From Macrostomum lignano (taxonomy: Eukaryota): a DNA stretch of 52,938 nucleotides. A program made the position numbers and the translations under genes. The DNA is taken from positions 1 through 52,938 of the forward strand of contig NIVC01004256.1 in assembly GCA_002269645.1 (NCBI GenBank). The letters are read 5' to 3'. The first letter of the stretch is position 1. Each line of letters starts with the position of its first letter. Positions 25,401-35,802 of the stretch are shown here, in pieces. The notes under the pieces were generated by a model. It had not been told where the DNA came from, did no database searches, and saw nothing but the letters and a program-made list of their open reading frames with translations.

Positions 25401-28400
25401 ATAACTGAGAATTTGGTACAGGAACAGCAGTAATGAGCTGAACATCAGACTGCAAGCCGACTCCCACGCCAAACTCAGTTGAGTCAACACTGCATGCGCG
25501 CCTTCTCCCTTTGCGTCCCAGCGAAGTTTGTCAGGAAGTAACTCGTAGCTGTGCTTGTAGTTGGCCAGGGAGGGAATCGGAATTGATCGCAGGCGACATC
25601 AGTGTGACAGAAATTGCAGACAAATATGGAAATAATCCCACCGGTTGTGTTCGTCGGCCTTTTTGTTTGTTTGCTACGATGGCAAGTTTCGTGTTAACCT
25701 CCGCTGAATAAAAACCCGTTTTTCGGTAAACTTTCTTTCCGGCTTCCCCACTGAAATAACAGCTTAGCTCCTTGTGTTTGTCTTATTACAGGCTCTAGCC
25801 TCATCGCAGCTACAATGGACTCATGGATTTTCATAGAACTACTAAATTATAAATTATAATATGGCCTTTTGCAGTCCATTTGGGCTTACACGCATTGAAT
25901 TGAATCAAAGAAATGTTTGCATTGTGCAATTGTCTATGGTAGCAATTGTCTATGGTAGCAATTGTCTATGGTAGCAATTGTCTATGGTAGCAATTGTCTA
26001 TGGTAGCAATTGTCTATGGTAGCAATTGTCTATGGTAGCAATTGTCTATGGTAGCAATTGTCTATGGTAGCAATTGTCTATGGTAGCAATTGTCTATGGT
26101 AGCAATTGTCTATGGTAGCAATTGTCTATGGTAGCAATTGTCTATGGTAGCAATTGTCTATGGTAGCAATTTTCTATGGTAGCAATTGTCTATGGTAGCA
26201 ATTGTCTATGGTAGCAATTGTCTATGGTAGCAATTGTCTATGGTAGCAATTGTCTATGGTAGCAATTGTCTATGGTAGCAATTGTCTATGGTAGCAATTG
26301 TCTATGGTAGCAATTGTCTATGGTAGCAATTGTCTATGGTAGCAATTGTCTATGGTAGCAATTGTCTATGGTAGCAATTGTCTATGGTAGCAATTGTCTA
26401 TGGTAGCAATTGTCTATGGTAGCAATTGTCTATGGTAGCAATTGTCTATGGTAGCAATTGTCTATGGTAGCAATTGTCTATGGTAGCAATTTTCTATGGT
26501 AGCAATTGTCTATGGTAGCAATTGTCTATGGTAGCAATTGTCTATGGTAGCAATTGTCTATGGTAGCAATTGTCTATGGTAGCAATTGTCTATGGTAGCA
26601 ATTGTCTATGGTAGCAATTGTCTATGGTAGCAATTGTCTATGGTAGCAATTGTCTATGGTAGCAATTGTCTATGGTAGCAATTGTCTATGGTAGCAATTG
26701 TCTATGGTAGCAATTGTCTATGGTAGCAATTGTCTATGGTAGCAATTGTCTATGGTAGCAATTGTCTATGGTAGCAATTGTCTATGGTAGCAATTGTCTA
26801 TGGTAGCAATTGTCTATGGTAGCAATTGTCTATGGTAGCAATTGTCTATGGTAGCAATTGTCTATGGTAGCAATTGTCTATGGTAGCAATTGTCTATGGT
26901 AGCAATTGTCTATGGTAGCAATTGTCTATGGTAGCAATTGTCTATGGTAGCAATTGTCTATGGTAGCAATTGTCTATGGTAGCAATTGTCTATGGTAGCA
27001 ATTGTCTATGGTAGCAATTGTCTATGGTAGCAATTGTCTATGGTAGCAATTGTCTATGGTAGCAATTGTCTATGGTAGCAATTGTCTATGGTAGCAATTG
27101 TCTATGGTAGCAATTGTCTATGGTAGCAATTGTCTATGGTAGCAATTGTCTATGGTAGCCATTGTCTATGGTAGCAATTGTCTATGGTAGCAATTGTCTA
27201 TGGTAGCAATTGTCTATGGTAGCAATTGTCTATGGTAGCAATTGTCTATGGTAGCAATTGTCTATGGTAGCATTACACAGCTGTAACTCATAATTATAGG
27301 TTTCATAGTCGCTACGGACCAAATTAAATCCTGCTGTACCAGCCTTGCTACCATAGACAAAAGCTGCAATACTTCGGCAAACTTATATTGGATTCAAGTC
27401 AATGCTTTTTAAGCTCAAATGAGCTGCAAAAAGCAATACTCTATAGTAACACGCCAGCCCTTTACCTCAACTCTTACAGCAGCCTTTACAAAATGAATAA
27501 CACAGCACTAGATGATCCAGTTCTACTCACCCACAGGATAGCCGCACAGCAAACTGCTAGTAGCCAACACGTGATGTTTGTGCTGCTTGTCAAAGTACTC
27601 CCCGATCACCAAACTCGAGCTCATGTAGGTCAATGACGATCCGATGCCGTACAGGATGGAGTGAGTCAGGAACATCCACATCTCGTTGGTTTTAGCAACG
27701 GTAGCCGACAGGAAACAAGAAGTTGTCAGGACCAGCACACCTGTGACCGCAGCGATCTGGTATCCATTCTGGCCCATGGTTCGGATGAGCAGAACGGATA
27801 TGGGAGAAATCCCCATGCCGATTGTGAAGGACAGGGTGCCGATCCAGTCTGCAGGGCAATGCGTTTGTTTGTGAGTCTTAATTGTATCTGACTCTTACAA
27901 TTCTGTCTCGACTCTTACAATTCTGTCTGACTCTTACTTGAGTCGGAATCTTACTTGAGTCTGATTCTTACTCGAGTCTGACTCTTATTTGAGTCTGATT
28001 CTTACTTGAGTCTGACTCTTACTTGAGTCTGACTCTTACTTGAGTCTGACTCTTACTTGAGTCTGACTCTTACTTGAGTCTGATTCTTACATGAGTCTGA
28101 CTCTTACAATTATGCCTGACTATTACTTGAGTCTGACTCTTACAGTTATGCCTGACTCTTACTTCAGTCTGACTCTTACTTGAGTCTGACTCTTACAGTT
28201 ATGCCTGACTCTTACTTGAGTCTGACTCTTACTCGTGTCTGACCCTTATTTGAGTCTGACTCTTAATTGAGTCTGACTCTTACTTGAGTCTGACTCTTAT
28301 TTGAGTCTGATTCTTACTTGAGTCTGACTCTTACTTGAGTCTGACTCTTACTTGAGTCTGACTCTTACTTGAGTCTGACTCTTACTTGATTCTGATTCTT

Positions 28401-30424
28401 ACTTGAGTCTGACTCTTACTTGAGTCTGACTCTTATTTGAGTCTGACTCTTACTCGTGTAGCAAAACATGCTACTTTAGTCGTCCTTATGTACTGCCTGT
28501 TAAGATATATTTGGCAACACATTTTATTAAATAGTATCACTGAAGCTCCAAGCTCTATCACCCAGTGAAACTGCATCAGTTGGATGGAGCTTGGTCTGCA
28601 TCCCCAGCATCTCTCTACTCACTAGTGCCCTCTTAGCGTTTTCCTTTTCAATCATTTGCCCCCCTCCCACGTAAAGCCAGTGCTGAGTGCTTTTAGACAA
28701 GCGAGCAGAGGCTCGAAGCCTGCATTGCATTCACCTGCATCGGCTGCAGGTAGGGGGACAGATCTGCAACAGCTGGAAACTATCGAGCTGCATGTCTATA
28801 TGCTCTGGCATTATTCTTCCACTTTTTTGGTATCCCATTTTGTCCGGGAAACTCCGAACTCCACTTTGTCACTGTCAGTGTCAGAGTTCGTTTAGGCTAA
28901 GGAGGGAGTTTGACTGAGCTGGACAAACAGAACAGCGTGTTGCTTGCAGGCGAATGAAATAAGAGTGAGATCGCGGCTTTTTTAATTTATAATGGATCTT
29001 GTGACTTCATTAGTGAGCTTATGTGTTGAGTTGATGAGTTTGTAGGTTCAGGATTTTTCCATGAGTGAGTTCACGAGTGACTGACTCAATTTAATGAGTG
29101 ACCGACTCAATTTAATGAGTGACTGACTCAATTTAATGAGTGACCGACTCAATTTAATGAGTGACTGACTCAATTTAATGAGTGACTGACTCAATTTGAT
29201 GAGTGACTGACTCAATTTAATGAGTGACTGACTCAATTTAATGTGTGACTGACTCAATTTAATGAGTGACTGACTCAATTTAATGAGTGACTGACTCAAT
29301 TTAATGAGTGACTGACTCAATTTAATGAGTGACTGACTCAATTTAATGAGTGACTGACTCAATTTGATGAGTGACTGACTCAATTTAATGAGTGACTGAC
29401 TCAATTTAATGAGTGACTGACTCAATTTAATGAGTGACTGACTCAATTTGATGAGTGACTGACTCAATTTGATGAGTGACTGACTCAATTTAATGAGTGA
29501 CTGACTCAATTTAATGAGTGACTGACTCAATTTAATGAGTGACTGACTCAATTTGATGAGTGACTGACTCAATTTAATGAGTGACTGACTCAATTTAATG
29601 AGTGACTGACTCAATTTAATGAGTGACTGACTCAATTTAATGAGTGACTGACTCAATTTAATGAGTGACTGACCCAATTTGATGAGTGACTGACTCAATT
29701 TAATGTGTGACTGACTCAATTTAATGAGTGACTGACTCAATTTAATGAGTGACTGACTCAATTTGATGAGTGACTGACTCAATTTAATGAGTGACTGACT
29801 CAATTTAATGAGTGACCGACTCAATTTAATGAGTGACTGACTCAATTTAATGAGTGACTGACTCAATTTAATGAGTGACTGACTCAATTTAATGAGTGAC
29901 TGACTCAATTTAATGAGTGACTGACTCAATTTAATGAGTGACTGACTCAATTTAATGAGTGACCGACTCAATTTAATGAGTGACTGACTCAATTTAATGA
30001 GTGACCGACTCAATTTAATGAGTGACTGACTCAATTTAATGAGTGACCGACTCAATTTAATGAGTGACTGACTCAATTTTATGAGTGAGTTCATAAGTTC
30101 ACGAGTGACCGTCGAAAATTCTCGAGTGACCGACTCAATATCACGAGTGACTAATTTAAGTTCACGAGTGACTGATTTAAGTTCACGAGTGACTGATTTA
30201 AGTTCACGAGTGATCGACTCAATTTCACGACTGACCGACTCCTTACTCTGCACAGCCATTGCTGTGTGGTTGTCCTGAGCCTCCAGCTTCACCACGAACA
30301 CCCCGAAGCTGTAGGTGATGCCGCTGCGAACGACAGTCAGCAGCAGCACCGCCAGGCAGATCAGCCAGCCCTGCGTGCCGGTTGGCAGCTTGCGAAATCT
30401 TCTACTAAAAGCAGACACGAGCAT
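19423..30424 (-). CDS. MFS transporter, SLC16/monocarboxylate transporter-like, 507 aa; complement(join(19423..19790,20632..20772,22493..22721,23013..23302,27531..27848,30247..30424))
   Basis: All five introns are GT-AG with matching phases (1,1,0,1,1); total 1524 nt = 508 codons. MCT-like motifs: GWLICLA...GITYSFGVF (TM1), WIGTLSF.IGM.ISP, SSSLVIGEYF, GFYMPFVNL, GPLFSGVIFDIRHSY. Long hydrophilic C-terminal tail. Confidence 0.88.
19908..20547. repeat. 17-bp minisatellite (~37 copies) in MCT intron 5
   Basis: Unit CCCTGCCCCTCCTCACT (sense strand AGTGAGGAGGGGCAGGG), almost invariant. Confidence 0.97.
23392..23692. repeat. 35-bp minisatellite (~8-9 copies) in MCT intron 2
   Basis: Unit ACACTGCTCAATGTGGTGATGACTCTCTATACCAG; period 23401 to 23436. 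Confidence 0.95.
23718..23739. other. Perfect 22-bp palindrome
   Basis: GAATTATGGTATACCATAATTC equals its own reverse complement; CTAG follows at 23752-23755. Confidence 0.9.
24788..25087. repeat. 15-bp minisatellite (~19 copies) in MCT intron 2
   Basis: Unit AGCACCAGGGGCTTT with variants; explains ORFs 24893- and 24918+. Confidence 0.93.
25926..27272. repeat. 16-bp minisatellite (~84 copies) in MCT intron 2
   Basis: Unit GCAATTGTCTATGGTA, nearly invariant. One inverted unit at 27345-27360. Confidence 0.98.
27888..28456. repeat. 17-bp minisatellite (~33 copies) in MCT intron 1
   Basis: Unit GAGTCTGACTCTTACTT containing the hairpin GAGTC-T-GACTC; period 28021 to 28038. Confidence 0.93.
29063..30240. 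repeat. 21-bp minisatellite (~55 copies) at the start of MCT intron 1
   Basis: Unit GAGTGACTGACTCAATTTAAT grading into TTCACGAGTGACTGATTTAAG near the exon; reads IKLSQSL / VTRELKS on the - strand. Confidence 0.97.
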
Positions 30425-32385
30425 CCTGTTGCTGATGAATGAAAGCCGATCAGTCAGTCAGTTTCAGTTGGTCGGGATATCTGCAATGCAAATCCAGTTG
30501 TAGACCGGCTGACACACCAATTTCTATGGAAAGTAGGCTTACTTTGGTCTTCTTAGTTGCGTGTATCTTGTTGTCAAGGCTTTATGAAGATACCCGCACT
30601 GGGGAATGGTTAGAGTCCGCTTTCTCTATCTTAAGCGATTTACGACAGTTTAAATTGTATTACCTGGTATTGTTTACTCTTCTAGATATTACTCTCAAAA
30701 TCTCCCTTATTCTGCAATAATACCCTATCTTAAATCTCACCCAATCTCTAAACTCATAACTCGCCCCATCGCTTAACTCTTAACTCGCCCCATCTGTAAT
30801 CTCACCCAATCTCTACTCCCACCCAATCTCTAATCCCACCCAATCTCTAATCTCACCCATACTGTAATCTCACCCTATCTGTAATCTCCACCATACTGTA
30901 ATCTCACCCTATCTGTAATCTCACCACATTTGTAATCTCACCCTATCTGTAAACTCACCGACATCTCTAATCTCACCTAATCTCTAATCTCATCCAATCT
31001 CTAATCTCACCCAATCTCCAATCTCACCTTATCTGTAATCTCACTCAACCTGTAATCAAATTTACCTCTCTCAAACCTCAATTCGCCTACCTCTTTCATC
31101 TCTCCCAGTCTTGTCCTCTACAATCTCATTTTTCTGATCCGAAATGTCCACAAGGTCCAAAATGGTCGAATGAGACTCGATTGTGATGGGGAGTGATGGA
31201 ATGATAGGATCAGACGGAGTTGAAGACAAGGGGATTATGAAAGTTACACTGGAGCGTTACCTAGTAATGGTAACTCATGCCAAAAAGTCCTTATTAGAGC
31301 AAACTGCTAGTTGCAAGCATTTAACCCTAACCGTAAGGTATCAGTACAGCTAATTTGCATCCCGGACTCAAGGCAACTCCTTCAGCTGACCTTCTTGCCG
31401 ATGATGGACTAAAAGGTTCCCAAACCCGATGGCTGCAGCGTATATAAAGATCGCTGAGAGCCAGAAAAAAGGGGAGAATTGTGAAAGCGCGGACACAAAA
31501 ATCAAGCCATGCAAGCTCGTTGATCGATAAAATATTTATGAGAGGTTGCGGCCCCCTGCAATCTCCCAGAGCTCGCTGTCTGCCTTCTTTGCCCCATCTC
31601 TGCTCTCCCTCTGGGCCTCTCGAGTTGTCCCAGGTACAAAAAGTCTCGGCGACATCAACTGTAAATCTCGGGGATCAAAACTGGAAAGACAAGAGACGCT
31701 TGGACAGGGGGGGGGGGATGTGAGAGATATGAAGGAACCAAGGAGATGCACGACACTCTTGAGACTTCCCCTGACCGCCAGCAATCCCCACTTGACAACC
31801 TATAAGGGGAGACGAAATGATGAGCTTTGGGCCCGGGTTGACAAGCCACAGCACCATGTTTATTGGGACCAGATTCGCTTGGGAGGGAAAAATAATAAGA
31901 CCAAAATATGTTCGGAAGGTCGACAGGACAGATGTGGAGCTTCCCAAAATAAAACATCCCCCATACAAGCTCAGGAGATCTTATTTAGCTCGGATTCGGG
32001 GAAACTCACACCGCGAACTCCTGCGACAAAACTAGAGTAGGCTTATTGATTGCCAGGGTCGCAAGTCATGCGTGAGCATAAATCTGGAATCGATTGCTAG
32101 TGTCAAACATGCTTATAAGCTCTGCCCGAAATAAACGAGACTTGTCCGACTTCCTAAAGAACACTGGATTGAAGTTGAGTTCGAACCTTCAATCTTAATT
32201 TTCAAGTTCTCATTCTGCAACATTCTTCCAAGTTGATCAAACTGAATTTTTACGCTTTTATCGGGTATTACGTTTCAACACAAGTAGGCCTTGTTCGATT
32301 TCATAGGAAGTTGTCAGTTTGTGTGCATGGAACAATAAAATAATGAGCAAATAAAGCAAAAGGAAATTGAGCTCCAGGACTTACC
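30425..32385 (-). other. Putative 5' UTR intron of the MCT gene (acceptor at 30482-30481, candidate donor GTAAGT at 32384-32379)
   Basis: On the - strand TTGCATTGCAG|ATATCC lies 56 nt upstream of the ATG, and CCG|GTAAGT lies at 32385/32384. Pairing of the two sites is an inference. Confidence 0.45.
30730..31050. repeat. Degenerate ~17-bp C/T/A-rich minisatellite
   Basis: Recurrent CT(C/G)TAATCTCACCC(A/T)AT units. Confidence 0.8.
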
Positions 32386-32790
32386 GGTGGTAACAATTGT
32401 TCGGGCCAAACTTGATCAACGCGATTGTGAAAGCACTGCTCCTTTTCCACGATCAGCAAACTCTCTTAAGCTTGCCTAGAGCAGTTGAATGTTCCGCATG
32501 AGACGCTGACAGTGCTTGGGATTTGAGATGCGGTTTTTTGGCGGAGGGGGGCTGGAGGGGGGAGACCTCCGTACTCTGCAGCGGGTTATGGTGGCGGCAG
32601 CGAATCGCTGGGCCAAGATAAGCGGTTGGACGACTTCGCGTCGGCCATTCCTCGGGCGTCAGCTCGGCTGCCTCCCCGACTTGGCCACAAAGCTTTCTTC
32701 TTGGCACCAGCTCATCTTTCCTTCTCTCTCTCTCTTTCTCTCACAGACAGTTTAGCAGGAAATTCAGTCGAAAAATCCGTCACGAAAAAA
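32385..32790. promoter_or_regulatory. Candidate shared (bidirectional) upstream region between the MCT and sulfotransferase-like genes
   Basis: Divergent gene orientation; GC/CpG-rich stretch 32530-32700 followed by a CT tract. No core promoter element was positively identified. Confidence 0.3.
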
Positions 32791-34960
32791 TGGCATCAAC
32801 GTCGAACGTTGGTAAACCGACCATGCTGTGGGCGGTGCCGCGCAGCATCAGCACCGCGTTCTTTCGCGCGATGGAGAACCACCCGAACACTAGGGTGTAC
32901 CTGGAGCCCTACTCCAAGGCCTACTACTTTGGACCGGAGCGGGTCAGCTCCCGCTACGCCGATCAGCCGGTGCAGGAAGAGTGCACCTTTCTCAGCGTGA
33001 AGAACACGCTGGAATCTGCCGGGTCGGCCAGCCCCGACAAACAGGTGTTCGTCAAGGACATGGCCTACTACCTGTACGGGAACAAGTACGAGCCGAAGGA
33101 GCTCCTGCCTAGCGGTTATCGGCACACCTTCCTGGTGCGAGACCCGCATAAGACTGTGAAATCTCTGTACAAGATGTCAATCAATACGCAGCTCACAGGT
33201 TGGCAGTTTTTGCTGAAATAATTTTCTAACAACTCAGACCATAATATCAGCCACTATGATATGCTTTATCTATAAAAAAACCCAAAAATTTACAGGCTGG
33301 GACAGTTTTGACGAGCATGAAATCGGCTTCAAAGAGCTCTGGTCTCTCTACGAACTCATTCAGACTATTGAGGATGAGCCGCCAATAGTGATCGACGCTG
33401 ATGATCTGCTTCAGCAGCCGGGTCTGTCTATGATATGCTTTCTTTGCATGTTACCTATGATAAATTCAGTAGAAAGTTGTGCGCATACAACCATACTTTT
33501 TTAGATCCAAATCCCTCTGGTGTTTTTAGTTTTTTTTCAAAGCTGCTTACGGCTGTTCAGACCAAGGACTGGGGGGTCGCCACACACACCCTCAATCACC
33601 CCAGCTAATACTGGCACACATTTTACAGCTGGGTGAACACTGAAGCAATGCAGAGTTAAGTGTCTTGCTCAAGTGGGATCGGGAATCGAACCCTCGACCT
33701 TCAAGTCGTGAGTCGGCCGACGCTCTAACCACTAGGCTGCAACCCTATCTATGCTTCTATGTTCTGCAGGATTCTATAATGTGGAAGCTTCTGTGTAGAA
33801 TATGGAAGCTTCTGTGTAGAATGTGCAAGCTTCTGTGTAGAATGTGGTTCAAGCTTCTGTGTAGAATGTGGAAGCTTCTGTGTAGAATGTGCAAGCTTCT
33901 GTGTAGAATGTGGTTCAAGCTTCTGTGTAGAATGTGGAAGCTTCTGTGTAGAATGTGGAGGCTTCTGTATATAATGTGCAAGCTTCTGTGTAGAATGTGG
34001 AAGCTTCTGTGTAGAATGTGGAAGCTTCTGTGTAGAATGTGGAAGCTTCTGTGTAGAATATGGAAGCTTCTGTGTAGAATGTGCAAGCTTCTGTGTAGAA
34101 TGTGGTTCAAGCTTCTGTGTAGAATGTGGAAGCTTCTGTGTAGAATGTGGAGGCTTCTGTATATAATGTGCAAGCTTCTGTGTAGAATGTGGAAGCTTCT
34201 GTGTAGAATGTGGAAGCTTCTGTGTAGAATGTGGAGGCTTCTGTATATAATATGCAAGCTTCTGTGTAGAATGTGGAAGCTTCTGTGTAGAATGTGGAAG
34301 CTTCTGTGTAGAATGTGCAAGCTTCTGTGTAGAATGTGGAAGCTTCTGTGTAGAATATGCAAGCTTCTGTGTAGAATGTGCAAGCTTCTGTGTAGAATGT
34401 GGAAGCTTCTGTGTAGAATGTGGAGGCTTCTGTGTAAGGTAGAAGCTTCGGTGTAGAAGGTGGAAGCTTCTGTGTAGAATTTAGAAGGCTTAGCATGTTA
34501 ACATGCAGTTACAAAAAAACTCAGAATTGTTTCATTCACGTACGAACAGCGACATACCATGACCGAAAACCAATTTCAAATTTTAAAAGAATCTAACGTC
34601 CTAACTCTAATCGGTGGTCGCATGACAAAAGTATAGTTACAGTATACAACTAAATGTTGACTTGAATCGCCGCCCGCAGAGGACTATTTCAAGGCCTACT
34701 GCAGCCGTATCGGCCTGCCCTACGAGCCCAGCATGCTGAAATGGGACGCCGCTCGGGATTCGATCGCTGCAAAGGACGAATGGGCCGGCTGGTTCGAAGG
34801 CGTCCTTGGTACAACGTCGTTTGTTAAGCCTCTGGCTAGGAAACGACAACCGTCTATTGACCTGCCGGACTATGTGATGCTCAGCATTGAGAGGAACCTG
34901 CCCTACTATCACAACTTTCTGGCTGTGAAGACTCGCTTGGAAGACATAGCCGAAGACTGA
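32790..34960 (+). CDS. Sulfotransferase-fold P-loop protein (Sulfotransfer_5 / BCAT-like-associated type), 271 aa; join(32790..33198,33296..33421,34680..34960)
   Basis: Two phase-1 GT-AG introns; 816 nt = 272 codons. Motifs WAVPRSISTAFFRAMENHPNTRVYLEPY (5'PSB-like loop), VFVKDMAY, HTFLVRDP.KTVKS (3'PB-like), PIVIDADDLLQQPEDYFKAYCSRIGLPYEPSMLKW. Confidence 0.88.
33530..33745 (-). mobile_element. tRNA-derived SINE (family B) with a CORE-like central segment, in intron 2 of the sulfotransferase-like gene
   Basis: Minus strand: GGGTTGCAGCCTAGTGGTTAGAGCG (A box), GGTTCGATTCC (B box), then TTGAGCAAGACACTTAACTC...CAGCTGTAAAATG resembling the MIR/CORE consensus as I recall it, then an A-rich tail. 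No TSD found. Confidence 0.78.
33770..34480. repeat. 21-bp minisatellite (~33 copies) with higher-order block duplication
   Basis: Unit GTGGAAGCTTCTGTGTAGAAT with 24-bp GTGGTTCAAGC variants; explains ORFs 33665+, 33757- and 34107-. Confidence 0.96.
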
Positions 34961-35562
34961 TTTGATTTATGTATGATGCTTTTTATCATAACTTACGCAA
35001 ACGTACGGATTTCACTGAAGTTGAATTTTTTTTACCATGGCTTAAAACAAAACGCTCCATTGTCATGCACCATCCGTTTACTTGTTGTCTAGGCAGCTGT
35101 AAGCTATCCCACAGTCAGTTTTATTCGATTAACAATCAACATGTTTTGCTTCTAGAAAAATCAGTAGTCAACATTTTGTTTAGATTCGAGCTTCATTTTA
35201 TGGCTAATTATTCGTGCATAGCTTGTCAAACTTCTTATTCCCGATCATAGCCTTAGTTTTCCTCATATTGACGTAGCTGCTGTTGGTAATTATTATTACG
35301 AGAAATTTTCACTATTTTGTTGTATTTATTGATTCTAGCTCGTTATAAAAAAAACGTTTCGATATGTAGGTACACTTCTGCGTTGTCTCACAAGAAAAAA
35401 TGTTCATTTAATTTATTTATCAAAACTAATAATGAACAAAAAATATACAGCGAACTATATCGTCAGTATACTTTTATGTAGTATATCCATGTCGTAAAAA
35501 GATACAATTGTTTTCAGGTAAATATTTTAAGTGTATTGAAATTAAAATGAATTTAGAAGTTA

Positions 35563-35755
35563 ACACAGAAACCTAATTTTCTGAACGAAAAGCTTTATGA
35601 ATTATCAATAGAGCTATAAGAAGGCACAGCATATCAAAAGATGAACATTGCGGGTATGAGGAAAAGCAGTAAAATTTTTGTGCTAAAAATGAAAAACTTC
35701 CTAGCTATCTCCGTTAGTGTATTTTTGGCGAAAAGTGGCCTTCAAAACTTTTTCC
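35563..35755 (-). mobile_element. Solo arm of the 17.1-17.7 kb foldback family
   Basis: GAACGAAAAGCTTTATGAATTATCAATAGAGCTATAAGA...TATCTCCGTTAGTGTATTTTTGGCGAAAA matches 17520-17670. Confidence 0.7.
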
Positions 35756-35802
35756 ATGAAAGGTATCGCGTCCTGTATATACGTTGCATTTAGTTGTCCT
35801 TG

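Noticed and set aside
30430-30446. CTGATGA..GAAA hammerhead-like core (also CTGATGAGGCC at ~52430)
   Set aside because: No room for, or no pairing of, stem II with a following GAAA, and no flanking stems.
31380-32040. 164-aa ORF (31546-32040) and neighbouring ORFs in a GC-balanced block
   Set aside because: No motif recognised, an in-frame stop just upstream, and it lies in the inferred 5' UTR intron of the MCT gene; at most a decayed element.
33665-34496. 263-, 208- and 129-aa ORFs (WKLLCRM, HILHRSF, EASTFYT repeats)
   Set aside because: Translations of the intronic 21-bp minisatellite; the flanking sulfotransferase exons splice cleanly around it.
34493-34506. 14-bp palindrome GCATGTTAACATGC as a p53-type site
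   Set aside because: Half-sites mismatch RRRCWWGYYY and overlap; a single short palindrome is not convincing.
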